A stretch of 64,000 bases of DNA from an uncultured Verrucomicrobiae bacterium (GTDB taxonomy: Bacteria > Verrucomicrobiota > Verrucomicrobiia > Chthoniobacterales > JAATET01), in the NCBI GenBank assembly GCA_963719495.1, contig CAVRCI010000001.1, positions 96,001 to 160,000 on the forward strand. The letters are read 5' to 3'. Position 1 is the first letter of the stretch; each line of letters begins with the position of its first letter. Positions 9,710 to 19,362 of the stretch are shown in pieces. The notes beneath the pieces were generated by a model. That model had not been told where the DNA came from. It made no database searches and was given only the letters and a program-made list of their open reading frames with translations. The translations under genes were made by a program, and so were the position numbers.

Positions 9710-10463
9710 TCGCATGCTTCGCCCCGCACCGCGGGCACCCCATCCGAATCACCGCCTCGTCCCCGAACAAATCATCCGCGTCCCGCTCGAACACCGGCAG
9801 CAACGCCCGCATCATCCGGTCCTGATTGCACCCGCACTCAAACCGGTAATACCGCTGCTCCAGCAAGCTCATCTCCTCGTCCTCGTCCAGCCGCCGAATC
9901 GCCTCGGGCGTCAGTCCCTCCAACCACTCGACGTCACAATCCGGCTGGGCGCCGACGAGCACGTAGTCGTCGTCCGAGTGATGAAAAAACCGCGAGGGCC
10001 GCTGCTCGCTGTGGGCGTAAAACCGCTCCGCCGCCGCGAAAAATTCCCCGGTATCGAAATCCACCACACTCCGCCGCGACTCCCCGCGCCCCGGGATCAC
10101 GTCCGCGTAAAACAACCCCGAAGCCGCCGCCTTCACATCCTCCGTGAAGACCGTCGCCACCACGGTCCCAATTGGGTTATCCACGGACGCAAACACGTTG
10201 AGTAGAGGTTCCTGAAAGTTCACCGTCCAAGCCACGCGATCCGCCCGCGGACGCGAAGCCCCGTGCAGCGTGATCGCCGTCAAAGCGTTTTTCACGTATT
10301 CCGCTGCGTCGGGATCCACCTTCTGGGCGTAATCTGCAAGGTGAAGATAATAGTCGACGTAGATTTGGGAGAATTCCCCCCGAGCCACGAGAGCGTTTCT
10401 TCCCCGAACAAAATAAGTCCGAATTTCAATGCTACGGTCGTCGATCGATTCCTCTGCGCTCAC
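9669..10463 (-). CDS. hslO: Hsp33 family redox-regulated chaperone
   Basis: C-terminal FECGC...CPRCG zinc motif. Confidence 0.8.
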   Translation of the reverse strand: MSAEESIDDRSIEIRTYFVRGRNALVARGEFSQIYVDYYLHLADYAQKVDPDAAEYVKNALTAITLHGASRPRADRVAWTVNFQEPLLNVFASVDNPIGTVVATVFTEDVKAAASGLFYADVIPGRGESRRSVVDFDTGEFFAAAERFYAHSEQRPSRFFHHSDDDYVLVGAQPDCDVEWLEGLTPEAIRRLDEDEEMSLLEQRYYRFECGCNQDRMMRALLPVFERDADDLFGDEAVIRMGCPRCGAKHAITREGLEAFAAAA

Positions 10464-10478
10464 TTGTTAATCATAAAA

Positions 10479-11057
10479 ATGAATGGTATCCATTGCACGC
10501 TGATGCTCGAAAATCAAAAGGAAGAAACCGCCTGCCTCCACGTGCTGGGCCTCCTCGACCCCGATCAGTCCGCCGATTTCGAGCAGACGATGGCCGATGA
10601 CGCGGACCTGGCGCGCACCGTCGCCGACCTCAACGAGACCCTCACCAACCTCAGCACCACCACCACGAAAATCGAGCTCCCGTCCGACGCGTTGAAGAAC
10701 CGCGTCCTCGATCTCGTCGACCTCGTCGCACCCCGCGTCTGGACCGACACCCGCGGCCACGTCACTGGGATCAACTCCGCTTTCACCGGTCTCTGCGGCT
10801 ACACCTTCAGCGAAATCGCCGGACGCAAACCCGGCCACGTCCTCCAAGGACCCGGCACCAACCCGGCCGCCATCGAAGCCCTCCGATCCGCCGTCACCGA
10901 AGCCCGCGAGCACCGCACCGAGATGCTCAATTATCACAAGGACGGCACCCCCTACTGGGTCAAAATCCACGTCCGCCCAACCCGCAACGAGCAAGGCACC
11001 CTCACCGGCTACGAAGCCGAAGAAAAGAAAACCGCCTTCCCCGACGGGGTAGCGTAG
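10479..11057 (+). CDS. PAS-domain protein with an N-terminal anti-sigma-like helical domain
   Basis: INSAFTGLCGY..GRKPGHVLQGPGT..LNYHKDGTPYWV (PAS/PAC). Start may be 10479 or 10503. Confidence 0.75.
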   Translation: MNGIHCTLMLENQKEETACLHVLGLLDPDQSADFEQTMADDADLARTVADLNETLTNLSTTTTKIELPSDALKNRVLDLVDLVAPRVWTDTRGHVTGINSAFTGLCGYTFSEIAGRKPGHVLQGPGTNPAAIEALRSAVTEAREHRTEMLNYHKDGTPYWVKIHVRPTRNEQGTLTGYEAEEKKTAFPDGVA

Positions 11058-11206
11058 GCGTCCCGCCTGCGGCGATGGGCGTCCCGCCCATCACCCGTTC
11101 CCAACCGGCGAAGCCGCACTTCCCCACCCGAAGTCGTGCCCCCCTCTCCCCCCGGGAAAGTCCGCCATTGAACCCGCCCCGACATAAGCGTATCTAATAC
11201 GAGAAC

Positions 11207-12031
11207 ATGGCCACCACCGCCGCTCCCACCACCCGCCGCCCCGCGAACCCCATCATCGCGTGGCTCCTTTCCTCCATCGGCAAAAAGACCGTCGTCGCCG
11301 TCACCGGACTTGCCCTCGTCGGTTTCGTCCTCGGCCACATGGGAGGGAATCTCACCTTCTTCTTCGGCCCCGACGCGATCAACGCCTACGCCATGCATCT
11401 GCATGACCTCGGCCTCTTCCTCTGGGTCATCCGCCTCGCCCTCCTCGCCACCGTCACGCTCCACATCATCTTCACGATGTTGCTCTGGAGGGAAAATCGA
11501 ACCGCCCGACCAACCGGGTATCAAGTCAAATCCCGCGTCCAGGCCACCATTTTCTCCCGCACGATGCGCCTCAGTGGGCTGATCCTCCTTTCATTCATCG
11601 TCTTTCACCTCGCCCACTTCACCGCGAAAATCATCTACCCATCTTACAGCACGCTCGAAGCAACCCTTCCCGACGGCCACGTCGTCAGCGACGTCTACGC
11701 CATGGTCACCATCGGCTTCAGCCACCCGCTCGTCGCGATTTTCTACGTGATCTCGATGGGCCTCCTTGCCTTCCACCTCAGCCACGGCATCTCGAGCCTC
11801 TTCCAAACCCTCGGCCTCAGTAACCGCCGGGTCTTCCCACTCTACCGCACCGCCGGACTCGCCCTCGCGTGGACCCTCTTCCTCGGCTTTTCCGCCATCC
11901 CGATCTCGGTCGGTGTCTTCGGCCTCGGCAAAACCTACACCGACAAGATGCACCCCAAGGCCCCGCTCAAAACGAGCTATCAGACTCCCGAATCGGATTT
12001 CAGCCGTATCTTTTTACGTCCATCCGTTTAA
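11207..12031 (+). CDS. sdhC: Succinate dehydrogenase cytochrome b subunit
   Basis: SSIGKK..AVTG, conserved His residues, first gene of sdh operon. Confidence 0.92.
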   Translation: MATTAAPTTRRPANPIIAWLLSSIGKKTVVAVTGLALVGFVLGHMGGNLTFFFGPDAINAYAMHLHDLGLFLWVIRLALLATVTLHIIFTMLLWRENRTARPTGYQVKSRVQATIFSRTMRLSGLILLSFIVFHLAHFTAKIIYPSYSTLEATLPDGHVVSDVYAMVTIGFSHPLVAIFYVISMGLLAFHLSHGISSLFQTLGLSNRRVFPLYRTAGLALAWTLFLGFSAIPISVGVFGLGKTYTDKMHPKAPLKTSYQTPESDFSRIFLRPSV

Positions 12032-12049
12032 CCCGCGGACCAAAAGCTC

Positions 12050-13966
12050 ATGACCCTCGACGCCAAAATCCCCGAAGGCCCGCTAGCCGACAAGTGGACC
12101 AATTACAAAAACAGCGCCAAGCTCATCGCGCCCAACAACAAGCGCAAATTCAAGCTCCTCATTGTCGGCACCGGCCTCGCCGGCGGATCCGCCGCCGCCA
12201 CTCTCGCCGAGCAGGGCTTCCAGATCGAATGTTTCTGCTACCAGGATAGCGCCCGCCGCGCCCACTCCATCGCCGCGCAAGGCGGCATCAACGCCGCGAA
12301 AAATTACCAGAACGACGGCGACTCCGTCTTCCGCCTCTTCTACGACACCATCAAGGGCGGCGACTTCCGCAGTCGCGAGGCCAACGTTTACCGCCTCGCC
12401 GAAGTCTCAACCTCCATCATCGACCAGTGCGTCGCCCAGGGCGTCCCGTTTGCCCGTGAATACGGCGGTCTCCTTGCGAACCGTTCGTTCGGTGGAGCCC
12501 AGGTCTCCCGCACCTTCTACGCCCGCGGTCAGACCGGCCAGCAGCTCCTCCTCGGAGCCTACCAGGAAATGTCCGCCCAAGTGGCCCGCGGTCAGATCAA
12601 GATGCATCCCCGCACCGAAATGCTCGACCTCGTCGTCGTCGACGGCCACGCGAAGGGCATCATCGTCCGCAACCTCGTCACCGGCGAAATCTCCGCCCAC
12701 GCCGGCGACGCCGTCCTCCTCTGCTCCGGCGGCTACGGCAACGTCTTCTACCTCTCGACCAACGCCAAAGGCTGCAACGTCACCGCCACCTACCGAGCCC
12801 ACAAGAAGGGCGCCCTCTTCGCCAACCCCTGCTATACGCAGATCCACCCGACCTGCATCCCGGTGAGCGGCGAATATCAGTCCAAGCTGACCCTCATGTC
12901 CGAGTCGCTCCGCAACGACGGACGCGTCTGGGTGCCCAAAAACGCCGAGGACACCGGCAAAAACCCGTCCGAAATCCCCGAGGACGCCCGCGATTACTAC
13001 CTCGAGCGCAAGTACCCGTCCTACGGCAACCTCGCCCCGCGCGACATCTCGTCCCGCTCCGCCAAGGAAGCCTGCGACAACGGCCTCGGCGTCGGCCCGT
13101 CCGGTCGCGGCGTCTACCTCGACTTCGCCGACGCCATCAAACGCCAAGGCGAGAACACGATCCGCGAAAAATACGGCAACCTCTTCGAGATGTACGCCGA
13201 GATCACCGACGAAAACGCCTACGAGCGCCCGATGCGCATCTACCCGGCGGTCCACTACACGATGGGCGGTCTCTGGGTGGACTACAACCTCATGTCCAAC
13301 GTCCCGGGCCTTCACGTCCTCGGCGAAGCTAATTTCTCCGACCACGGAGCCAATCGCCTCGGCGCCTCCGCCCTCATGCAGGGCCTCGCCGACGGCTACT
13401 TTGTGATTCCCTACACCATCGGCGACTACCTCACGACCCAGTTCGGCAAGGAGAAAGTCACCACCGACCACCCCGCCTTTGAGGAAGCCCTCGCGACAAC
13501 GAAGGCCCGCGTCCAGCAACTCATCGACATCAAGGGCACCCGCAGCGTCGACTCCTTCCACCGCGAGCTCGGCCTCCTCATCTGGGACAAGTGCGGCATG
13601 GCCCGTGACAAAGCCGGCCTCGAGGAAGCGCTTCAAAAAATTCCCGCCCTCCGCGAGCAATTCTACAAGGACGTCAAAATTCTCGGCACCGGCGAAGCGC
13701 TCAACCAATCGCTCGAAAAAGCCGGTCGAGTCGCCGATTTCCTCGAGTTCGGCGAGCTCATGTGCCTCGACGCCCTCACCCGCGAAGAAAGCTGCGGCGG
13801 CCACTTCCGGACCGAACACCAGACCGGCGAAGGCGAAGCCCTCCGCAACGACGACGACTACATGTATGTCAGCGCCTGGCAATACGGCAACGGCTCCGGC
13901 CACAAGCTCGTCAAGGAGCCCCTCACTTATGAGACCGTCCATCCGGCGACGCGAAGCTACAAGTGA
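12050..13966 (+). CDS. sdhA: Succinate dehydrogenase/fumarate reductase flavoprotein
   Basis: [26 protein letters not shown] and HGANRLG motifs. Confidence 0.96.
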   Translation: MTLDAKIPEGPLADKWTNYKNSAKLIAPNNKRKFKLLIVGTGLAGGSAAATLAEQGFQIECFCYQDSARRAHSIAAQGGINAAKNYQNDGDSVFRLFYDTIKGGDFRSREANVYRLAEVSTSIIDQCVAQGVPFAREYGGLLANRSFGGAQVSRTFYARGQTGQQLLLGAYQEMSAQVARGQIKMHPRTEMLDLVVVDGHAKGIIVRNLVTGEISAHAGDAVLLCSGGYGNVFYLSTNAKGCNVTATYRAHKKGALFANPCYTQIHPTCIPVSGEYQSKLTLMSESLRNDGRVWVPKNAEDTGKNPSEIPEDARDYYLERKYPSYGNLAPRDISSRSAKEACDNGLGVGPSGRGVYLDFADAIKRQGENTIREKYGNLFEMYAEITDENAYERPMRIYPAVHYTMGGLWVDYNLMSNVPGLHVLGEANFSDHGANRLGASALMQGLADGYFVIPYTIGDYLTTQFGKEKVTTDHPAFEEALATTKARVQQLIDIKGTRSVDSFHRELGLLIWDKCGMARDKAGLEEALQKIPALREQFYKDVKILGTGEALNQSLEKAGRVADFLEFGELMCLDALTREESCGGHFRTEHQTGEGEALRNDDDYMYVSAWQYGNGSGHKLVKEPLTYETVHPATRSYK

Positions 13967-13968
13967 TG

Positions 13969-14243
13969 TTGTTGGTGTTTGGTTATTAGTTATTGGAGAT
14001 TCCGCATGTTCAACTTTGAGAAGCTCGACGCCTGGCATAGGGGAATTGATTTTGCCGATTTAATCTATCGTTCGACGAAGAGTTTTCCTCAGGACGAACG
14101 AAATCGCGAAACGCCAGGGATTTTTAAACGAGTCAGCGCACCGAGAAATTTATTCGCAAGCTGAAGTCTTGGGCAAAATGCTGAACAGCATGAAGTCGTC
14201 CTTATTGGCCAAATCCAATAACCAATAACTACCAACCAATAAC
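13969..14243. mobile_element. Putative four-helix-bundle cassette bounded by inverted heptamer arrays
   Basis: TTGTTGG TGTTTGG TTATTAG TTATTGG (13969-13996) and CCAATAA CCAATAA CTACCAA CCAATAA (14215-14242); ATG on both sides. Mobility is inferred. Confidence 0.55.
14006..14228 (+). pseudogene. Four-helix-bundle (23S rRNA IVS protein / Avd-like) gene remnant, internally deleted and frameshifted
   Basis: MFNFEKLDAWHRGIDFADLIYRSTKSFPQDER, then from about 14103 in another frame IAKRQGFLNESAHREIYSQAEVLGKMLNSMKSSL..TAA(14228). The family's central RRA..S...NIAEG segment is missing. AT-richer than the flanks. Confidence 0.8.
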
Positions 14244-15002
14244 ATGAATTTCACGATCAAGGCCTGGCGCCAACCGTCACCCAACGCCCACGGTGAACTG
14301 AAGACCTACCAAGCGAACTCCATCCCCCCCGAGGCCAGCTTCCTCGAGATGCTCGACATTCTCAACGAATCGTTGATCGAGCAGGACGAGGAACCCATCG
14401 TCTTCGAGCACGATTGCCGCGAAGGCATCTGCGGCTCCTGCAACCTCACGATCAACGGCATCCCGCACGGCAAGGACCGCGGAGTCGGCACGACCTGCCA
14501 GCTCTACATGCGGAAGTTTCAGGACGGCGAGACAATCAACATCGAACCATTCCAGGTCGGATCGTTCCCGGTCATGAAGGACCTCGCCGTCGACCGCTCC
14601 GCGTTCGACCGCATCATCCAAGCCGGAGGCTTCATCTCCGAGCGCAGCGGCTCCGCCCCCGACGCCAACGCCGTCCCGATTCCCAAGCCCATCGCCGACG
14701 AGGCCATGGACGCCGCCGCCTGCATCGGCTGCGGAGCCTGCGCCGCCGCCTGCCCGAACAGCTCCGCCATGCTCTTCGTCAGCGCCAAGACCGCGCACCT
14801 CAACCTCCTCCCGCAGGGAAAGCCGGAAAAGAACCGCCGCACCCTGGCGATGGTCCACCAAATGGACGCCGAAGGTTTCGGCAACTGTTCGAACTACTAC
14901 GAGTGCGAAGCCGTCTGCCCCGCCCACATCCCAGCCAGCTTCATCTCAAAGCTAAATCGCGACTACACCAAAGCCTCCCTAGCCCACAGCGCCGGAGCGT
15001 AA
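14244..15002 (+). CDS. sdhB: Succinate dehydrogenase iron-sulfur subunit
   Basis: [21 protein letters not shown] and [12 protein letters not shown] motifs. Confidence 0.96.
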   Translation: MNFTIKAWRQPSPNAHGELKTYQANSIPPEASFLEMLDILNESLIEQDEEPIVFEHDCREGICGSCNLTINGIPHGKDRGVGTTCQLYMRKFQDGETINIEPFQVGSFPVMKDLAVDRSAFDRIIQAGGFISERSGSAPDANAVPIPKPIADEAMDAAACIGCGACAAACPNSSAMLFVSAKTAHLNLLPQGKPEKNRRTLAMVHQMDAEGFGNCSNYYECEAVCPAHIPASFISKLNRDYTKASLAHSAGA

Positions 15003-15125
15003 GGGGAGCGCACGCGTCCCGCGTGCAAGATGCGGCGTCCCGCCGCATCACCCGGCAAATCGAGCGAAGCGAGAGAGCCGCACGTCAAGGAGCGGCGATT
15101 TGCAATCGCCGAACGAAACCAAATC
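15003..15125. repeat. Composite REP-like element (A+B modules)
   Basis: Matches 8487-8610. Confidence 0.88.
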
Positions 15126-15213
15126 GCCGAAGGCGACATCCCCCTCTCGCCAACGAGCCGATACGTTTGCCCCAATTCTTTGCGCGAACCAAAATCACCG
15201 CTAGACTAAAGGC

Positions 15214-16767
15214 GTGAGCCCCCTCTCCGCCATGCCCGCCCGGTTCTTCAATCCGGAGCGAGCCGCCCGCCTCCTCTGGCGGGCCGGATTCGGCGGCACT
15301 TGGCAGGAAGCGACCGCTCTCGCCGACCTCGGCCTCGACGAAGCCGTCAATCGCCTCGTCGACTACGCCCCCAGCCCCGACCTCGCCGCACCCACCTGCG
15401 CCGCCCTCCCCGACCTGACCGACAAGCAATTCCGCGAGTCCATCGAAATCTACGACGAAGACGAACGCCGCGATCTCGCCCAAGACCGCCGCCGAGCCGA
15501 AAGCGACAACATCGACTCCCTCAAAACGTGGTGGCTCCAACGCATGCACGCCTCGTCACCGCTGACCTCCTCCGCCCCGCCGCCCCTCGAGGAAAAACTC
15601 ACCCTCTTCTGGCACGGCCACTTCGCCAGCGGTTTCCAAGACAAAATCGAGCGCACCCATCCACTCTGGCGGCAGAACCAGACCCTCCGCACCCACGCCG
15701 CCGGCCCCTTCCCCGACCTCTTCGCCGCCATCCTGCGCGATCCCGCGATGCTCGTCTGGCTCGACAACGCCTCGAGCCACAAGGGCCGCCCGAATGAAAA
15801 CCTCGCCCGCGAGTCGATGGAGCTCTTCTCGACCGGCGTCGGACCCTACACCGAAACCGACGTCAAGGAATCCGCCCGCGCCCTCACCGGTTGGTCCGTT
15901 GATCGCGACACCTGGACTTTCGACTTCCGCGAAAACGCCCACGACACCGACCCCAAGACGTTCCTCGGCGCGACCGGCAACTTCGACGGCGATGACCTCG
16001 TCCGAATCATCTGCGAGCAACCCGCCCCCGCCACCTTCCTCGCCAGAAAGCTCCTCGACTTCTTCATCGTCACCAACCCCGATCCCGACCTCGTCGCCGC
16101 AACCGCCGATTTCTACCGCTACCGCAACTACGACACCCGTGAGCTCCTCCACGTCCTCCTCCGCTCCCAGATCTTCCACGCCAACGAGAACGCCCAGTCC
16201 ATCGTCAAAAGCCCCGTCGTCCTGGCCATCGGCGCGCTCAAAGCCATGGAGGTCCCCTACCCCGATCGCCAGATCCTCCTCGGACCACTCGGCGTCATGG
16301 GCCAGAATCTCTTCTTCCCACCCGACGTCAACGGCTGGCCCGGCGGCTTCGATTGGATCAATTCCAACACGCTCCTCATCCGCTACAACTTCGCCAACTT
16401 CCTCCTCAACGGCGTCAGCCCCGACGAATTCAAGACCTTCGACGACCGCATGGTCGGCAGCCAACGCCGCGACTTCATCGAAGGCCAGCGCAACCAAAAC
16501 GCCATCGACTGGTCTCCCAAGCGCCAGCTCGAAGCCAACGACGCCACCCGCACCCTGCTCACCACCGGGGACATCATCGAACACTTCACCCGCCAATTCC
16601 TCCAACGCCCCGCCCCCCCGGAACTCCAAGCCGCCCTCCTCAAATTCGCCGAAACCGACGCCGCCGGAGGCCGCCGCAGCATGAGCCTCAACGACACCAA
16701 CTTCGACGAACGAGCCCGCGGCATCGCCCACCTCATCATGTCCAGCCCCGACTATCAGCTCTGCTGA
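15214..16767 (+). CDS. DUF1800 family protein
   Basis: LLWRAGFG, EKLTLFWHGHFA, DPAMLVWLDN, PNENLARESMELFSTG and PPDVNGW motifs. Confidence 0.88.
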   Translation: MSPLSAMPARFFNPERAARLLWRAGFGGTWQEATALADLGLDEAVNRLVDYAPSPDLAAPTCAALPDLTDKQFRESIEIYDEDERRDLAQDRRRAESDNIDSLKTWWLQRMHASSPLTSSAPPPLEEKLTLFWHGHFASGFQDKIERTHPLWRQNQTLRTHAAGPFPDLFAAILRDPAMLVWLDNASSHKGRPNENLARESMELFSTGVGPYTETDVKESARALTGWSVDRDTWTFDFRENAHDTDPKTFLGATGNFDGDDLVRIICEQPAPATFLARKLLDFFIVTNPDPDLVAATADFYRYRNYDTRELLHVLLRSQIFHANENAQSIVKSPVVLAIGALKAMEVPYPDRQILLGPLGVMGQNLFFPPDVNGWPGGFDWINSNTLLIRYNFANFLLNGVSPDEFKTFDDRMVGSQRRDFIEGQRNQNAIDWSPKRQLEANDATRTLLTTGDIIEHFTRQFLQRPAPPELQAALLKFAETDAAGGRRSMSLNDTNFDERARGIAHLIMSSPDYQLC

Positions 16768-16812
16768 CAAACCATTTCAAATTCCACATTTCAAATTTGT
16801 AATTCCGAAAAC

Positions 16813-18066
16813 ATGAATACCCGCCGCGAATTCCTCACCACCGGACTCCGGGGAACCGCCCTCCTCGCGGCCACCCAGTTCGTCCCCGCCTTCCTCACCC
16901 GCACTGCCATCGCCGCCACCCCCGGCACCGACGCTCCCATCCTCGTCGTCGTCCAGCTCAGCGGCGGCAACGACGGTCTCAACACCCTCATCCCCTTCAC
17001 CGACGACATCTACCACCGCAGCCGACCCACGATCGGCATCGGCGGCGATGCCGCCCTCCGCGTCAGCGACCACCTCGGACTCAACCCGGCCATGACCGCC
17101 GCCCGCGCCGAATTCGACGCTGGCCGCCTCGCCATCGTCCAGAACGTGGGCTATCCGAATCCGAACCGCTCCCACTTCCGATCGATGGAAATCCTCCACA
17201 CCGGCCGCAACGACGACCGCGCCAAGGTGGGCAACGGATGGATCGGCCGCTACTTCGACGCCGAGTGCGCCGGAGCCGACCCGACCGACGCCGACCTCGG
17301 ACGCATCGGCATCAATTTCGGCAAAGTCATGCCCCAGGCCTTCCGCAACGACGCCAACGTCGGCCTCGCCATCAACGATCCCGAGACCTTCCAATGGAAT
17401 GCCAGCGGCGAAACCCCCGCCCTCGCCTCCGCCCAGGAAAAACTCTTCGCCAAACTCAACCGTCCAAAACCCGCCGCCGCCGACACGGTCGCCGATAACT
17501 TCCTCCGCCACACGGCGATGAACGCCACCCTCGCCGGCGACGACCTTCGCCGCGTCCTCAAAGCCGAGCGCAACAAAGCCGAATACCCCGACACCGGCCT
17601 GGCCAGCGAACTCCGCCAAGTCGCCCGCCTCATCGCCGGCGACTTCCCGACCCGCGTCTACTACACCGGCCAGGGCGGCTACGACACCCACGAACGCCAG
17701 CCCGACCGTCACGCCCAGCTCCTCGGCGACTTCAGCGACAGCGTCAGCGCCTTCCTCGCCGACCTCCGCGCCCAAAAAATTTCCGACCGAGTCGTCGTCC
17801 TCGCCTTCAGCGAATTCGGTCGCCGGGTCGCCGAAAACGGCAGCGCCGGCACCGACCACGGAGCCGCCGCCCCGATGTTCATTTTCGGCGACGCCATCCA
17901 AGGCGGCCTCCACGGCACCCCGCCCGACCTGGCGAACCTCGACAATGGCGACGTCCGCCACACCACCGACTTCCGCCAAATCTACGCCAGCCTCCTGAAC
18001 AATTGGCTCAAAACCCCAGCCGAAACGATCCTCGGCGAGCCCTACTCACCAATCGGAATCATCTGA
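16813..18066 (+). CDS. DUF1501 family protein, Tat-type signal
   Basis: TRREFL, QLSGGNDGLN, NRSHFRS, GGYDTH and SEFGRRVAEN..GTDHG motifs. Confidence 0.88.
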   Translation: MNTRREFLTTGLRGTALLAATQFVPAFLTRTAIAATPGTDAPILVVVQLSGGNDGLNTLIPFTDDIYHRSRPTIGIGGDAALRVSDHLGLNPAMTAARAEFDAGRLAIVQNVGYPNPNRSHFRSMEILHTGRNDDRAKVGNGWIGRYFDAECAGADPTDADLGRIGINFGKVMPQAFRNDANVGLAINDPETFQWNASGETPALASAQEKLFAKLNRPKPAAADTVADNFLRHTAMNATLAGDDLRRVLKAERNKAEYPDTGLASELRQVARLIAGDFPTRVYYTGQGGYDTHERQPDRHAQLLGDFSDSVSAFLADLRAQKISDRVVVLAFSEFGRRVAENGSAGTDHGAAAPMFIFGDAIQGGLHGTPPDLANLDNGDVRHTTDFRQIYASLLNNWLKTPAETILGEPYSPIGII

Positions 18067-18185
18067 GGATCCGGGCCACCGACCTCAAGGCCAAAGGCCG
18101 CCCATCCCCAAAACCTTGTCATGTTGAGCGAAGCGAAACATCTCTGGCTTACACTCCTCACTCCCGCCAAGCCAAACCCCGCGAA

Positions 18186-19205
18186 TCATCCCCCAACCAC
18201 CCGCGAATAAACCGCCAAATACTCCCGCACCATCCGCGCCACCGACCACCGCTCCCGGGCCACCCACCGCACCTCACCGCGATCCAATTCCTTCAGTCGC
18301 CCGACCGCGGTCACCGCCGCCTCCTCGTCTTCCCCGACAAGCCACCCCGTCCGTCCGTCCGCGATCAGCTCCGGCATCGACCCCCGGTTCACCGCGATCA
18401 CCGGAGTCCCGCAAGCCATCGCCTCGACCACGCTCAGCCCAAACGGCTCATCGAACCGAATCAAGTGCAGCAACCCCGCCGCCCGTCCGAGCAACTCCCC
18501 CCGCCGATCCGCCCCGACCTCCCCCAGAAACGTCACCCGATCCCCATCCACCCAAGGCTCGACGCATTCCTCGAAATACCCCGCGTTCTGAATCAATCCG
18601 GCCATCACCAACCGCCGCCCCGCCGCCCGCGCCACCGAGATCGCCTCCGCGGCCCCCTTGTCCGGGTGAATCCGCCCGTAAAATAACAAATAGTCGTCCG
18701 GCACGGCGACGAACGGAAACTCATCCACGTCGATCCCATGATGAATCGTCGCCGCGTAGGTCAACCGTGCCGACCGATCCGAGTCGCTGATCGCGACATA
18801 ATGACAGTCCGCATCGTAGCACTCGTAAACCGGCAAAATCCGCTCCGACGAAAATCCGTGAATCGTCGTCACCACGGGCGTGTCGACGAGCCTTGAGTAA
18901 CTCAGCGGCAAAAAATCGAATTGATTGTGAATCACGTCGAACTCGCTCGCCCGCTCGAAACAATTCGCCACGTGCAGGCACTCCATCACCTTCGCGTCCA
19001 TCCCAGCGGTCTCGGAATAGCCACCCGGACACACCGCCTCCAGCCGAGCCGAGGTCACCGAATCCCCCGTCGCGAAAAGCGTCACGTCCACCCCCGCCGC
19101 CACCAACCCCTCGGTCAGCAACGAAGTCACCAACTCCCAAGGCCCATACCGCCGAGGCGGCGTCCGCCAAGAAATCGGCGCGAGCATCCCCACGCGAAAC
19201 GTCAC
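18186..19205 (-). CDS. Glycosyltransferase family 4
   Basis: TPPRRYGPWE, GRIHPDKG and EPFGLSVVEAMACGTPV motifs. Confidence 0.9.
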   Translation of the reverse strand: MTFRVGMLAPISWRTPPRRYGPWELVTSLLTEGLVAAGVDVTLFATGDSVTSARLEAVCPGGYSETAGMDAKVMECLHVANCFERASEFDVIHNQFDFLPLSYSRLVDTPVVTTIHGFSSERILPVYECYDADCHYVAISDSDRSARLTYAATIHHGIDVDEFPFVAVPDDYLLFYGRIHPDKGAAEAISVARAAGRRLVMAGLIQNAGYFEECVEPWVDGDRVTFLGEVGADRRGELLGRAAGLLHLIRFDEPFGLSVVEAMACGTPVIAVNRGSMPELIADGRTGWLVGEDEEAAVTAVGRLKELDRGEVRWVARERWSVARMVREYLAVYSRVVGG

Positions 19206-19313
19206 GACGAAAAGGTAGGGCAGCCGCGCTGCGGGTGCCCACTTCGGTTACCACCGACGCCCGCCAACCAAAGCCCCCCCGGTATGCTACAAAAGCCGCC
19301 GCAGATCATCATC

Positions 19314-19360
19314 CCACCATTCACCATTCACCATTCACCATTCACAGATCACAATTCACC
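19314..19360. repeat. Heptamer array (CACCATT)n
   Basis: Four exact units plus degenerate units. Confidence 0.9.
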
Positions 19361-19362
19361 CC

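Noticed and set aside
10730..11010. LOV photoreceptor call
   Set aside because: It lacks the GxNCRFLQ cysteine motif, so it is treated as a generic PAS domain.
14006..14228. Diversity-generating retroelement (Avd-like gene)
   Set aside because: No reverse transcriptase or template/variable repeat pair is present in the window.
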